Shown here: positions 49,902-61,041 of the stretch, in pieces | How positions within the stretch are numbered: the first letter of the stretch is position 1 | Layout of the letters: each line of letters opens with the position of its first letter | Source of the DNA: a virus | IMG/VR virus record: IMGVR_UViG_3300028042_000003 | Location: 42,166-106,165 of that record | Strand: one strand, 5' to 3' | DNA length: 64,000 bases | Translations under genes and position numbers: made by a program | Notes under the pieces: model-generated | What the model saw: the letters and a program-made list of their open reading frames with translations, nothing else | What the model was told of the DNA's origin: nothing | The model's database searches: none

Positions 49902-52900
49902 TGAGAATCCAAGATAACCAGGTATACAAAACGATTGGTGGCAATATGGTAAAGGTCACCAAATCGGACAAACCAGGGGACTCTTTATGGCCGTTTAGTG
50001 GTACCATCAATGATGTATTCATTACCTGGAGCATTATGGGATGTGCAAGTGCTCAGATAAACTCTCCCAGCAGTACCCAAGAAGCTTATCCCCATAACCA
50101 TAATTTAGTAGAACACCTAAAACAAGAAGAATACCCGGAGTATTACTTATGATTGAAAATGCGCTAAATAGTCAGCTAAAACCTGGACTTTGGAAGATAG
50201 AGTGGGACGGAACTGTTGAACACTTCGAGCATATTGTTGAGTGTCGTTTGATATCAAACAGAAAAAGACTAAAAACACTGAAACAAGTAGCCGGTAAGCT
50301 AAATGAAGAATATTACAATAACTGGTCGTTATCAAGAAACATGGAGGCCCAAGCAACATATATTGGACCAATAGAAAATTACCCGGAGTATTACTTATGA
50401 GATTCACAAAAGATGATATTGGTACATTGGTAAAGGTCTATGATAATCTCCAGCATGAAACATACTATCCAATAATTGAAGGCTTTGATGATAGCGAGTT
50501 ACCAATGAACTTGTCAGTAAATGGTGAAGATTGGTTATCGTTCAACATAAATGGAAGATGGGGTGAATTTGAAATCACAAAAATCTACCCAAAAGAAAAA
50601 TATCCGGAGTATTACTTATGAGAAAAGAAAGACCAGAAAAATTTACAAAAGATGATATCAATTTAGTAGTTCAAGTAGAAGTTTACGACAACGACGAATT
50701 GAATCACTCTATAACGGCTGAGATAGTTGAGTTCAATATTGACAATGGTGAGAATCACCCATTACGGGTCAAAGATATCAATTCAGGTTCTGGGTTTATA
50801 CTAAAAGATGATGGTACATGGAAAAATGAATCAAGCAATTTATTCATTGAGATCACAAAAATATATCCAGAAGACAATTACCCGGAGTATTACTTATGAG
50901 ACAAAAACCAAAAAAAGGAGACTACATCAAAACACTAAATGGCATAGCTAAAGTTTATGAGGTTCATACCGCCAACGGAGCAAATCCCGTTTATGCGTAT
51001 GCAGTTAGATTCCTGGAGTTTCAAGACACCAGTGTAATACCTGCGTCTGCTATTCTTGAAGTTCTCAACTTAGATGATTACCCGGAGTTGGTGTTATGAG
51101 AATGTTCAAACCAGATGAAGTATATCTACTAAAGAATAACAAGATTGCTACCGTTGTAAATGTATTTTCTTATTCGGTAGACCTATTGATAGATGGAAAG
51201 ATTGTGATTTTTAGTAGTTACGGTGAAAATAAGATGGAAAATTACCGAAACCCAAACCTTGGGTTTGATTATGGTATTGTTGGCACAATCAACCTGGAAG
51301 AATTCCCGGAGTACCAATTATGATTGCTAATATTGGATGGATACTAGAATTCAAAAATGAGTTATGTGAAGTTATTGATATAGATTATTTCGAAACCGAT
51401 GAATATCTTATTAGAATAATCTCAGACAAAAGAGAATTTAGAGTAGGTGGATCTGAACTTAGACCACCTGACCCAATAAAATACCCGGAGACAAGTTTAT
51501 GACAGAAGAATTTATCGCTACATCAAATCACAGCAAAATACCAGCACCTATTTTGCTAAAGTTTTCTATTATTGGTATTGATGTTTATTCAAACCTGAAC
51601 ACCAAAGGAACAGTAGCTAATTTTTTTAGAAAAAAGGCTACATCAAAAGGTGAATACCCAGATGGTAATCATATTGGTTACATTCAATACGAAAACGTCA
51701 ATGACCTATACGAGATCTTTGCGGCAAGATACCCAGAGGAGACACTATGAATCCACCCATCCAAACTGACATCATAAGAGCAAATAGTCAGACCATAACA
51801 AGCATATCCCAACTTTATGTTGGTGTTTTGCTTTTAGAAAATAAAATGATCGCCGAGATAACAAAAATATCCAAAGATGGAATTGCTTTTGTGGTAGTCA
51901 ATGACGATTCAACAACCCCTTGGAGTCGAGGTCAAAACGGAACAATCAACACAGAACAATTCCAAGAAACTCTAAAGGCAGGTGACCATACGATGGTTAT
52001 AATAGGCAAAAAAGAAGATTACCCAGAGTTTTACCTATAAGGACAAAAATGAAAAAGAAAAAACTAAGATATGAAAGATACGCTAAGTTTATGGAACCAG
52101 AAGAATACAGAAGAATCAAACCTGGAGACATTATCCTTTATAGAGCTGATTTTATTCAATTATCCAAAGCTAAAGTTGCTTCGGTATGGGGTGGATGGGT
52201 TCTTATCAAAACAAACCATTGGCAAAAGCGTGTATATTTTAGCCAAATAGCAAAAGTTGTAACAAGACAATACCCAGAGGAATTACTATGAAACCAGAAC
52301 ACTACAGAGAGCATGACCTAAGACCTGATTCGGTTTCAATGAAAATTTTTAGGAACTTAGACTCATTAGATTGTATCGTAGCAGGTGGATACTGCTTATC
52401 TAAAGTTCAACGATTATACGGAAACCTTGCTTCTGAATATAATGATATTGATGTTTTTGTTCTAACGCAAGAAAGCTACAATGAAGTTCATAAAGTTCTT
52501 TCTAAGCTTGGTGTTTTAGATTATGATACCATATTAGCTGCTTCTTTTACTGTACAAGAGATAGGCCAAATGCGCCAAAGTGTTCAACTCATAAAACCAT
52601 TTAGGGATGTTTCTAGCTATGATGAGCTAATAGAAGACTTTGACTTGGATAATAGCAAATACTGGACTTATGCACCATGGAACAAAATTTACACAAAACA
52701 AGCAAACACTAGACTTCATGTTGTCACTCCAAATAAAAAAGTAAAATGGAATTATCACTTCTTAGAAAGAATGTTGAAATACCAAAACGAGAAGAAACTC
52801 CAACTGGATTTTGACCAGTATCCTCAGTTACTTGGTCTAATAAAGAGCACCAATAAAGAAAGATACAATATGGGTCCAACAGAATACAACCCAAAAGATC

Positions 52901-53229
52901 AAACAAAATACCACCTGGATAATGTATTATTAGAAATGATCAAAGAGGTTCTCAAAACAAGAAATCAAATCAGCAAGAAAATAGATAAAGAAACCCAAAT
53001 GGGAAAAGCTGGTTATATGCATCTCCAAAGAATTATGGAGCGATCACATGATATGCTAAGTTTATCTAGTGTTTCTATTTTCTTGTTTGATTACTGGGCC
53101 CAAGAGGAATGTCATACTGCTAAAGGGAATGATCTGGTTGTGGCACTTGGAGCAAAACTATCAAGCAAAAAATATTATCTAGCAAATCTAGGTAGGGTAA
53201 AAAGAACATACCCTGAATTATTATTATAA
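49901..53229 (+). other. Array 3: eleven consecutive ORFs ending PExxL-stop (49901, 50149, 50397, 50618, 50896, 51096, 51320, 51499, 51747, 52049, 52288)
   Basis: C-termini YPEYYL x4, YPELVL, FPEYQL, YPETSL, YPEETL, YPEFYL, YPEELL, YPELLL. Confidence 0.9.
52288..53229 (+). CDS. Nucleotidyltransferase-superfamily protein (CCA/poly(A)-polymerase head-like) carrying the PExxL tail
   Basis: IVAGGYCL...EYNDIDVFV (GG..DxD), VQLIK, IEDFDLDNSK. Confidence 0.65.
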   Translation: MKPEHYREHDLRPDSVSMKIFRNLDSLDCIVAGGYCLSKVQRLYGNLASEYNDIDVFVLTQESYNEVHKVLSKLGVLDYDTILAASFTVQEIGQMRQSVQLIKPFRDVSSYDELIEDFDLDNSKYWTYAPWNKIYTKQANTRLHVVTPNKKVKWNYHFLERMLKYQNEKKLQLDFDQYPQLLGLIKSTNKERYNMGPTEYNPKDQTKYHLDNVLLEMIKEVLKTRNQISKKIDKETQMGKAGYMHLQRIMERSHDMLSLSSVSIFLFDYWAQEECHTAKGNDLVVALGAKLSSKKYYLANLGRVKRTYPELLL

Positions 53230-53299
53230 AAAGAATTTCAATAAAAGGCTAGGTTTAATGTTCGTGTAAGGTACTTTATGTTATAATAGTACATAACAA

Positions 53300-53333
53300 G
53301 AAGAACTAGTAAGAGTTACTAGACAGACTTCAT
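53300..53333 (+). other. Conserved 5'-UTR stem-loop, copy 2
   Basis: GAAG-AA-CTAGTAA-GAG-TTACTAG-ACAGA-CTTC-AT upstream of the AAA ATPase RBS. Confidence 0.6.
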
Positions 53334-53350
53334 ACTAATAAAGGATAAAA

Positions 53351-54466
53351 ATGAAAATTTCAAAAATCAAAGTAGCTATGGATATAGCACAAGCAGCAAA
53401 TGATAACGTACACATGATTGGACCACATGGTATTGGTAAAACTGAATACGTGAAAGCGTGGGCAAAAGAAAAAGGTTATCACCTTGAGGTATTACAACTT
53501 CCAATTCTTGAGACATCAGATCTTATTGGTATGCCTGATATTACTGAAACAGAATTTGGAAAAGTTACTGTGTTCGCAAAGCCTGAATGGTTAGTTCGTA
53601 TGGACCAAGCAAACAAAGCTGGTAAGCACTGTGTAGTATTTATGGATGAACTTGGTCGTTCGAGTATGGAAATTAGACAAGCGTCTCTTCAAATTGTACT
53701 TGAGAAAAAAGTTTCAGAACATGCACTTCCAGAGTTAGATGGTATCCAGACATTATGTGTCGTTGCCGATAACCCAAGTGATACTTATGATACAGCTGAC
53801 TTTGATGCAGCACTTGAAGATAGATTCCAAACTTACCCAGATATCACAGCAGATATCAAAGACTGGTTGAAGTATGCCAGAGAAGTTGGTGTTGAAGCAG
53901 TAGTAACTGACTTCTTAGCAGAATACCCAGAAAACTTACACTTTGTTGATGAGTCAGATGGTGAAAAGGGTTCAAGCCCAAGAGCGTGGAAGAAACTCTC
54001 AGACGGTATGCAAAAATGTACAGATAAAGGGTTCATGAGAACACTTATCGTATCAAAAGTTGGTAAAACAGTAGGTTCAAGTTTCAATCACTTTTTCAAC
54101 AACTACATTGATATTGTAAAACCTGAAGATGTACTTGAGAATATCGGTAAAGCGTCTATCGCAACTGAGAAAGACCAAGAGAAAGCGGCTAAAAAACTTT
54201 CTAAGTTGACTAAAGGTATCGAGGTTATCTCAGCACAAGAGTTAGCACAGAAAATTATCGCTAATATCAAAGAAAACAAAGAAGGTTTCACAAACGAGAC
54301 AATGATTGTTTACTTGGCTTCTATAAACCTTGAGACTGCAGCAGCAATCCTAAAAGGTTGGAAAGATGGGGACAAAGAAGAAACTGAGTTTTACTACGGT
54401 GGATTCATAAAAGGACAGCCTAACAAATGGTTGATTCGTAAAATTACTTCTAAAGTAACACAGTAA
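53351..54466 (+). CDS. MoxR-like AAA+ ATPase
   Basis: GPHGIGKT Walker A, ETSDLIGMP, VFMDELGRS Walker B, ADNP, FDAALEDRF, SPRAW. Confidence 0.88.
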   Translation: MKISKIKVAMDIAQAANDNVHMIGPHGIGKTEYVKAWAKEKGYHLEVLQLPILETSDLIGMPDITETEFGKVTVFAKPEWLVRMDQANKAGKHCVVFMDELGRSSMEIRQASLQIVLEKKVSEHALPELDGIQTLCVVADNPSDTYDTADFDAALEDRFQTYPDITADIKDWLKYAREVGVEAVVTDFLAEYPENLHFVDESDGEKGSSPRAWKKLSDGMQKCTDKGFMRTLIVSKVGKTVGSSFNHFFNNYIDIVKPEDVLENIGKASIATEKDQEKAAKKLSKLTKGIEVISAQELAQKIIANIKENKEGFTNETMIVYLASINLETAAAILKGWKDGDKEETEFYYGGFIKGQPNKWLIRKITSKVTQ

Positions 54467-56469
54467 TGAAGTGGGGTATAAACCCACCGAGGTTCGCAGG
54501 TAGTCAAGTTTACTACCGGGACTTGGTGGTTTTTGCTGTGCAAGAAAATTCAGTTATAGGAGCAGAAAAGTTTGACCTTGACGGTTTTTCAAAACCAATG
54601 TCGACTTTAGATATTGAATTCAACCCTCTTTTGACAACAGAATTCAAAGAGATTCAACACCCAGTTGAAAACATCACAGATAATATCGTTCGGACTACTT
54701 GGTTGTTCAACAGTAAAGAAGAAGCATTTATTCAAAAGGTAGTCTTATTGGCTCATATCAAAGAGTACTTTTACAAAAAACAAATAGAAGATAAGAAATA
54801 CTTCGATACCAAAATACCTAAAGATATCAACACAAAGCTAGAAAAATTACAAGAAAAATACCCAGAGGTTATGTTATGATACACGCAAAAGTCAATACAG
54901 CACTTAGGTTATCAGAAATTTTAGGGTTGAATGTACGATATAATTCAGCTGAAAACCTTTATTTTATACAAAAACTAGATGAGTGTATAATTGTTCCAGC
55001 TGATAAACCTCAAGTGGGTGTTCTTAGATACCTAAAAGAACACCACCCAGAGGTAACACTATGATTCCAGAATCATTGAGCCCAAGAGACTATCAAATTG
55101 GTAAATGTTATCTAGCTAAATGGAAAGATAACAGAAAAGATCTTTGGATTTTTGCACCCATTGAAAAACATGACGTTTATATTACTTGCAAAGACATAAT
55201 AATTCTAAAGGGTGATACACCAATGGATGAATATGATATTTATTATGATACCAATAACGCATTTGAAATTGTAAAAGAAGTATCAAAAGAAACCCATCCG
55301 GAGTATTTCCTATGAAATTTGTCCTAATACAGCCAAAGGAATGGTTCGAGAAAAATGCATACGAAGACGAAGACGGAGATTATTGGGGATCAGAAAAACA
55401 GTATAAAGCATATAAAAAAGAACTAAATAAAGACTCCCATGATTCAGAAAAGTTACATAAATTATCTACCTACTTTTGCTTAGACAATACCCTTTTGGAC
55501 GACTGGTATGGTATTGTTGATATTACCAATGAGCAAAAGCAGTATTACGAATGGGCAGTAAAGAAAAAGCTCCCAAAATCTAAATACCCGGAGTATTACC
55601 TATGAAAAAACACGATATTATCAAACTATCAAGCCCAACTTTTGAGGGTGTTGGTATCGTCATTAGAGCCTCTGGCACTGCAATTAGTTGTCGAACATTA
55701 CACCAAATAACCGAACGAAGACCTACCGATAGATTTGTCTTCTCAACGGATGACGTAAATATCAAGTTTGAAATCCTACCTAAAAAAGATTACCCGGAGT
55801 ACCACCTATGAAAAAACACGAAGCACCAGAAAACCAACAGCATCTTTTCGATACTGAACTTTTCGCATACAGACGGAAGTCACCTACTTATGCTAAATTC
55901 ACCATAGAAGATATACGCGGCTTACCTGAAAATGGTTATGGTTCTGTTGTTACTCTTGTTGTATCAAAAAACGGTAACCGAAAGAAAACGCTTTATACTG
56001 TTCAGTTTGCTTGTGAGCTTACTGATTGGGGTTATAAGTTATTCAGTACCAAAAATAAGTGGAGCACCAGTTTAGGTGAACACTTCCAAAAAATGGAAGC
56101 TTCAAAAGAATACACCAATGATGCAAGAACCACCTCATCGTATAAAAAAGAACTACAAGAAAACAAAGACAGATTCCCGGAGTACTGGTTATGAGCATGA
56201 TAGACGTGACAGACATGAAATCACTACAAGATGGCTTACCGACGATAAAGGAAGGTGATGTGTTATCCATAATGTGGAATGATGGAAACCAAGAAATAAT
56301 CGCAGAAGTGATGGTATCATCCACAACTGGAATAAGAACAAAAGACCTAAGAGTTCTACAAGGTAAAAAAAGCTACAGTAAAATTGGAGCTAGAGGTTTC
56401 TATGAGAATCTTGATACACACTATTATAGATCAATCGATATAAAAAAATACCCGGAGTACATATTATGA
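54466..56469 (+). other. Array 4: seven consecutive ORFs ending PExxL-stop (54466, 54876, 55061, 55312, 55602, 55808, 56191)
   Basis: C-termini YPEVML, HPEVTL, HPEYFL, YPEYYL, YPEYHL, FPEYWL, YPEYIL. Confidence 0.9.
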
Positions 56470-56657
56470 TACAAATAAACAAAACTTACCAATACAATAA
56501 AAACGATTTACAATTTACCTTTAGAATTTTCTCGGAGGGGAAGCTGAGTTACCATATCATTACCGAAACTTTTGATTTGTATAAAGTCTCAAAAACAGAA
56601 ATGATAAATAACTTACAAAACAAATATATTCATTTATATAATAAGGAAACCAAATGA
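56466..56657 (+). CDS. Hypothetical protein (untagged)
   Basis: Coupled to the preceding gene by an ATGA overlap. Confidence 0.5.
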   Translation: MIQINKTYQYNKNDLQFTFRIFSEGKLSYHIITETFDLYKVSKTEMINNLQNKYIHLYNKETK

Positions 56658-57055
56658 AAATAAAAACAACAGACTTATGGAAACATATCGGAGAAATAAT
56701 CCTGGTTCCAGAAGACCAAAGATATGATATAGACGAAATGGATGAAGTGAACTTACCAAGAGGTACATACCAAATAGTAGAAGTACATGACTTTGGTGCG
56801 TTATTTTATGACATCGCGAATAATGTTTTAGTAGATGCCGATTATCTACAAGATACAAGTTTCACCTGGATCATAACACCACCAATGGAAAGACTTGAAC
56901 TTCTGGAAGATGCGTTGACTAAGCACATTCTTGGGTTATCGGCTGAGGGTTGGAAAGAAATAGAAAACCCAACTGAACACAGCCTAGACTTGACTCCGCT
57001 TTTAGCTAAACTCAAAACGGTTCAAATTATGAGAAAAAGTATCGAAGAGTTATAG
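56654..57055 (+). CDS. Hypothetical protein (untagged)
   Basis: AAGGA RBS; ORF within the operon. Confidence 0.6.
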   Translation: MKIKTTDLWKHIGEIILVPEDQRYDIDEMDEVNLPRGTYQIVEVHDFGALFYDIANNVLVDADYLQDTSFTWIITPPMERLELLEDALTKHILGLSAEGWKEIENPTEHSLDLTPLLAKLKTVQIMRKSIEEL

Positions 57056-57289
57056 ATGGCACTGCACAAAACAAACCAACCCAAAACCACTGAAATCGTT
57101 GTAACTTTTATTAGTAATGACGAAATGAAGAGATATGGGTGGGATGAGTACAGACATGATTTCCCTGAAATTGTCAATAGGAGACATTTCATTTATAGAA
57201 AGAATGGCACATTCCTTCCGGCGTACATGGTAAAGAAAGAATACACTCTAGAAGAAGGTCAGGAGAAGTTCCCTGAACTATTTCTGTAG
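57056..57289 (+). CDS. Small PExxL-tailed protein (singleton)
   Basis: Ends EKFPELFL-stop, followed by a promoter. Confidence 0.75.
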   Translation: MALHKTNQPKTTEIVVTFISNDEMKRYGWDEYRHDFPEIVNRRHFIYRKNGTFLPAYMVKKEYTLEEGQEKFPELFL

Positions 57290-57339
57290 TCAAGAAACAT
57301 TTAAGAATAAAATAGTATAATAATACATAAAGGAACAAA

Positions 57340-58113
57340 ATGGTAAACATAATGGAAATATTTGGCTCGATTCAGGGCGAAGGTGAGAGAACCGGATACC
57401 CTAGTATCTTTGTAAGAAGTGGATTGTGTAACTTCACGTGCGAAGGCTTCGGTGTAGAATATAAAGACCCCAAAACGGGCGAAAGGAAATTTGGGTGTGA
57501 TTCGTATTACTCAGTCAACCCTGGTTTCAAAAAAGATTGGTCTTCTTATGTAGATTATAAAGATTTAGTGAAAGATATACTCAAAGAGGTCCCAGATTAT
57601 GGTGATTTTAGTATGACAAAAGCTGATATCGTCTTTACCGGTGGTGAGCCAATGATACACTGGAATGATGAGGTATATCAAAGAACCTTAGCTTATTTCA
57701 TCAGTAGAGGACACCATGTCACTATTGAAACAAACGCAGCAATGGATATTGAATTTACAAGAGAGTACCAAAAGAAGATTCAGTTTTCGCAATCAGTGAA
57801 GCTCAGTAATTCAGGGGAAGCTAAACACAAAAGAATCAATATTGAAACACTCACAAAAATAGCAGAAAATGCTCCTTCTTCTTATTTGAAATTTGTTATA
57901 GCTAAAGATACATGGGACGTAGATTTCAAAGAAATCAAAGAAATTCTAGAAGATATTCCGGCTTATGTTCAAATTTGGCTTATGCCTTTAGGCGATACAA
58001 GAGAAACAATGGCATATAATCAAATGTTCACATTACAGAAATGTACAGAGTTAGGTTTCAACTATGCTCATAGAGTTCACATTACTTTATTTGATAACGA
58101 GGCTGGCGTATGA
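57340..58113 (+). CDS. queE: 7-carboxy-7-deazaguanine synthase QueE (radical SAM)
   Basis: EIFGSIQGEGERTGYPSIFVRSGLCNFTC..GCDS, VFTGGEP, TIETN, HRVHITLF. Confidence 0.9.
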   Translation: MVNIMEIFGSIQGEGERTGYPSIFVRSGLCNFTCEGFGVEYKDPKTGERKFGCDSYYSVNPGFKKDWSSYVDYKDLVKDILKEVPDYGDFSMTKADIVFTGGEPMIHWNDEVYQRTLAYFISRGHHVTIETNAAMDIEFTREYQKKIQFSQSVKLSNSGEAKHKRINIETLTKIAENAPSSYLKFVIAKDTWDVDFKEIKEILEDIPAYVQIWLMPLGDTRETMAYNQMFTLQKCTELGFNYAHRVHITLFDNEAGV

Positions 58114-59720
58114 CAAAGAACATGACTCTAAGATATATCCCTAGTGCATTCCAATCGGCTGGGTCTTTTCTTACTGTTCACAAATATTACCCAAAACTAG
58201 CAGAAGATATGCTACTTGGGTTGGCTAATCAACACAAAGATATTGATATTGGTGTTCTATACAATGCGTTCTCAGAGAAATCAGACGCACCAGAGTTCAA
58301 TGCTATTTGTCGTCCTTTGGGCATAAAACAATATGCTGATTCAGGTGGACTCCAGGTTATGTCAATAGGTGCAGAAATTACTCCAGAAATCAAAAAAGAG
58401 ATATTTCATACTCAAATGGATAACTGCGATTACGCAATGTCATTTGATGAAATACCAGTTGGTTCAACACAAGAGGGTGAAGGTCTAAGACAAATGGACA
58501 CAAGATTCTTTATTGATGAGTGGTTCAAAACAAAAGCTATAGAATCAGGTAAAAATATTGTAGAGCAAATCAAAGTATTCAAAAAAGATCCAACTTCAAA
58601 AGCAAAAATCTTATTTATTATACAGTCAAGGAATTTTAAAACAGCAAGAGAGTGGTCTTGGTTTATGTTCCAAGAAATCAAAAAAGAACCTGATTATGAG
58701 AAATATATAGGTGGGTTAGCACTTGGAAACACCGGAGCTGGTGGACTAAGAAATGTTATTGACTTTACACTTAGATTCCAAAACGAATTAGACTTTTTAC
58801 CACTAAGCTGGAGAAAGAAAGTTCACATCTTGGGTGCTGGTAGTGTCAGTAGATTACTTGGTGCTTTATGTGTCTCAGATGAATATTTCCTACCTGGAAC
58901 TACAATTACGTGTGACTCCACTACACAGACAAGAGGACCAGTTTTTGGAAACTTTTTACTTTACCACCCAGAAACAGAATCTATGGAAAGCATTAGTCCA
59001 AGCAGAGGAATCAATCCTGAGAGTCTAAAAATGTGTGAAGCTCAATGGAAATATGCTAAACCGTATTTTGATAAGCACAAAAATGAGTACAGTCTTATCC
59101 CAACTGATGTTGATGACTTTAGAAATCATTACACAGAATATGCGGATAATGGACTAAGAAAAAAAGTTGATTTTGTTGATCTAATGGGCAAGTCAGATGA
59201 GTGTGATTATGAATACAGTAAGCGTTCTAGAATGTCGAGGTTCTTTTGGGCGATGACAATGATGCATAGTTTCTTAGATTTTATAGAATCTATCAAAGAC
59301 CGTTCAGATAAATATAGAGCAGGTAACCATGCAGAGCAGGTAAAAATACTAAGATCTCTAAAGCGAAGTTTACCTCAAAAATTATACAAGCCAGCAGAGA
59401 AACTTATGGCACTAAGATCACATAATCAGTATATCCAATCAGAGAATTTAGCTGGAAGTGGGCATCCTTATACGACAATACTCCCTATAGAGTCTCAGAA
59501 CGACGTCATTGACGGGATATTAGAGTACAAAGGCACCAAGTATCAAACGGATTTATACCAAGGACAACTTCTTGGACGTGAATTAGAGTCACTTACAGCA
59601 GGAAAAGACGAGATGTTCCCAAAAGACACCAGAAGCAAAATACTTGTTTTATTACAAGGGCTAGTCTTAGATGTTCAAAAAACAGAAAAAATAACAAAGG
59701 TAGAATTAGATGAGTGGTAA
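58110..59720 (+). CDS. TGT-fold transglycosylase, DpdA-like DNA 7-deazaguanine insertion enzyme
   Basis: YADSGGLQV, MSFDEIP, FIIQ, GGLALG, HILGAG, TCDST match TGT-family motifs; lies between queE and folE. Confidence 0.75.
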   Translation: MTKNMTLRYIPSAFQSAGSFLTVHKYYPKLAEDMLLGLANQHKDIDIGVLYNAFSEKSDAPEFNAICRPLGIKQYADSGGLQVMSIGAEITPEIKKEIFHTQMDNCDYAMSFDEIPVGSTQEGEGLRQMDTRFFIDEWFKTKAIESGKNIVEQIKVFKKDPTSKAKILFIIQSRNFKTAREWSWFMFQEIKKEPDYEKYIGGLALGNTGAGGLRNVIDFTLRFQNELDFLPLSWRKKVHILGAGSVSRLLGALCVSDEYFLPGTTITCDSTTQTRGPVFGNFLLYHPETESMESISPSRGINPESLKMCEAQWKYAKPYFDKHKNEYSLIPTDVDDFRNHYTEYADNGLRKKVDFVDLMGKSDECDYEYSKRSRMSRFFWAMTMMHSFLDFIESIKDRSDKYRAGNHAEQVKILRSLKRSLPQKLYKPAEKLMALRSHNQYIQSENLAGSGHPYTTILPIESQNDVIDGILEYKGTKYQTDLYQGQLLGRELESLTAGKDEMFPKDTRSKILVLLQGLVLDVQKTEKITKVELDEW

Positions 59721-60480
59721 AAAATTTACGGACAGAGCACAAGCTCAAATGAAATATGTCAAAGAGGGTTACAACCCTAAAGACTTCGAAGAATACTATG
59801 ACGAATATCTCAAATGCCCAGCATTCAAGATCAACCAAAACGTAGAAGAAGTAGGCGGCATCAGTGAAGAAGCTCATTTTATTATGCGCACTATAGCCCA
59901 AGAAAAACTCAAAGAAGTTTTTGAAATTATGAAAATAGACCTAACAGATGATAACGTCACAGAAGATGAATCTTTTGGTAACATTGGAACACCAGGTAGA
60001 ATCATCAAAATGTGGACAGGTGCTGGATTACATGACGACCGCGAATTACTTTCAGGTAGATGGTCTAAAAAGCCAAGATTAGCTAAGTTTCCAAATACAC
60101 ATGATACTCATATTCCAATCACCAAAAGGGTAGATCTAACTGCCGTTTGTTCACATCACATGGCACCGTTTTCTACTACATTCAGAGAAGATGCTTATGC
60201 TGTCATTTCATATATCCCAGCTGATTTTGTGTTGGGTATATCTAAACTACAAAGACTTACTGATTGGATTTCACAACGTGGATGGTTGCAAGAAGAACTC
60301 AGCCAGAAAATTTATCAAGAGATAGCAGAAGTAGCAGAAACTGATTCTGTTTACGTCAAGCTTTATAACGTGGTTCATACTTGTGAATCTCTAAGAGGGG
60401 CAAAATCAAAAGATGGCGCGTTTACCTCAGAATACTACGGCGGGAAGTACAAAAAAGCAAAGGTTAGAGCACAGCTTTAA
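59710..60480 (+). CDS. folE: GTP cyclohydrolase I FolE
   Basis: TPGRIIKM, VCSHHMAPF, LGISKLQRL, RGWLQEEL, HTCESLRG. Confidence 0.92.
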   Translation: MSGKKFTDRAQAQMKYVKEGYNPKDFEEYYDEYLKCPAFKINQNVEEVGGISEEAHFIMRTIAQEKLKEVFEIMKIDLTDDNVTEDESFGNIGTPGRIIKMWTGAGLHDDRELLSGRWSKKPRLAKFPNTHDTHIPITKRVDLTAVCSHHMAPFSTTFREDAYAVISYIPADFVLGISKLQRLTDWISQRGWLQEELSQKIYQEIAEVAETDSVYVKLYNVVHTCESLRGAKSKDGAFTSEYYGGKYKKAKVRAQL

Positions 60481-60528
60481 TCTTCGTGTAAGGTATATTA
60501 TGTTATAATAATACATAAAAGGAACATA

Positions 60529-61041
60529 ATGTTAGTAAACACCAAAAAGCTAAACGTCTGGGGCCAAGAAGGATTTGACCTCACCGAAAAAGCTGAGAGA
60601 AAAATAACCGAAATGGTTTTTGGAACTATTGATCATGTCACTAAGGGTAACTCACCAGGTTATGACGTCCAAGCTATGGGCCTTAAGATAGAAGTAAAAT
60701 TCACAAACTCCAATACAATTTTTATTGAAACCTCAAGATTTGATGGAACCCCAAGTGGGCTTTCTGTCACTCAAGCAGACTATTACCTTGTTGTGCATAC
60801 TGGTTATTTCAATAAAAAAATAGGAAAGGTAAAACTTATCAAAACCTTGGACCTACATGACCTAAATAAATCTATGGTCTGCAAAGAAAAAGTTTATAAG
60901 CCGTGGGCACAAGGTTCGCCTGGAGCTAGAGGTTTCGTCATTGACCGAGAATTAAAAAACGATGGATGGGTTGGTAACATCAACTTCAACGAAGAACATA
61001 ACGCATTTGATCTTAGCAAATGGACATACAAAAAAGGATAG
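60529..61041 (+). CDS. PD-(D/E)xK restriction-like endonuclease
   Basis: PGYDV..KIEVK catalytic motif; IETS..GTPSGLSVTQADYY. Confidence 0.65.
   Translation: MLVNTKKLNVWGQEGFDLTEKAERKITEMVFGTIDHVTKGNSPGYDVQAMGLKIEVKFTNSNTIFIETSRFDGTPSGLSVTQADYYLVVHTGYFNKKIGKVKLIKTLDLHDLNKSMVCKEKVYKPWAQGSPGARGFVIDRELKNDGWVGNINFNEEHNAFDLSKWTYKKG

Noticed and set aside
20020-56469. Repeated ~21-nt junction read as a CRISPR array
   Set aside because: The intervals are intact ORFs of ~180-940 bp with variable length, the repeat is degenerate and codes for protein, and no cas genes are visible.
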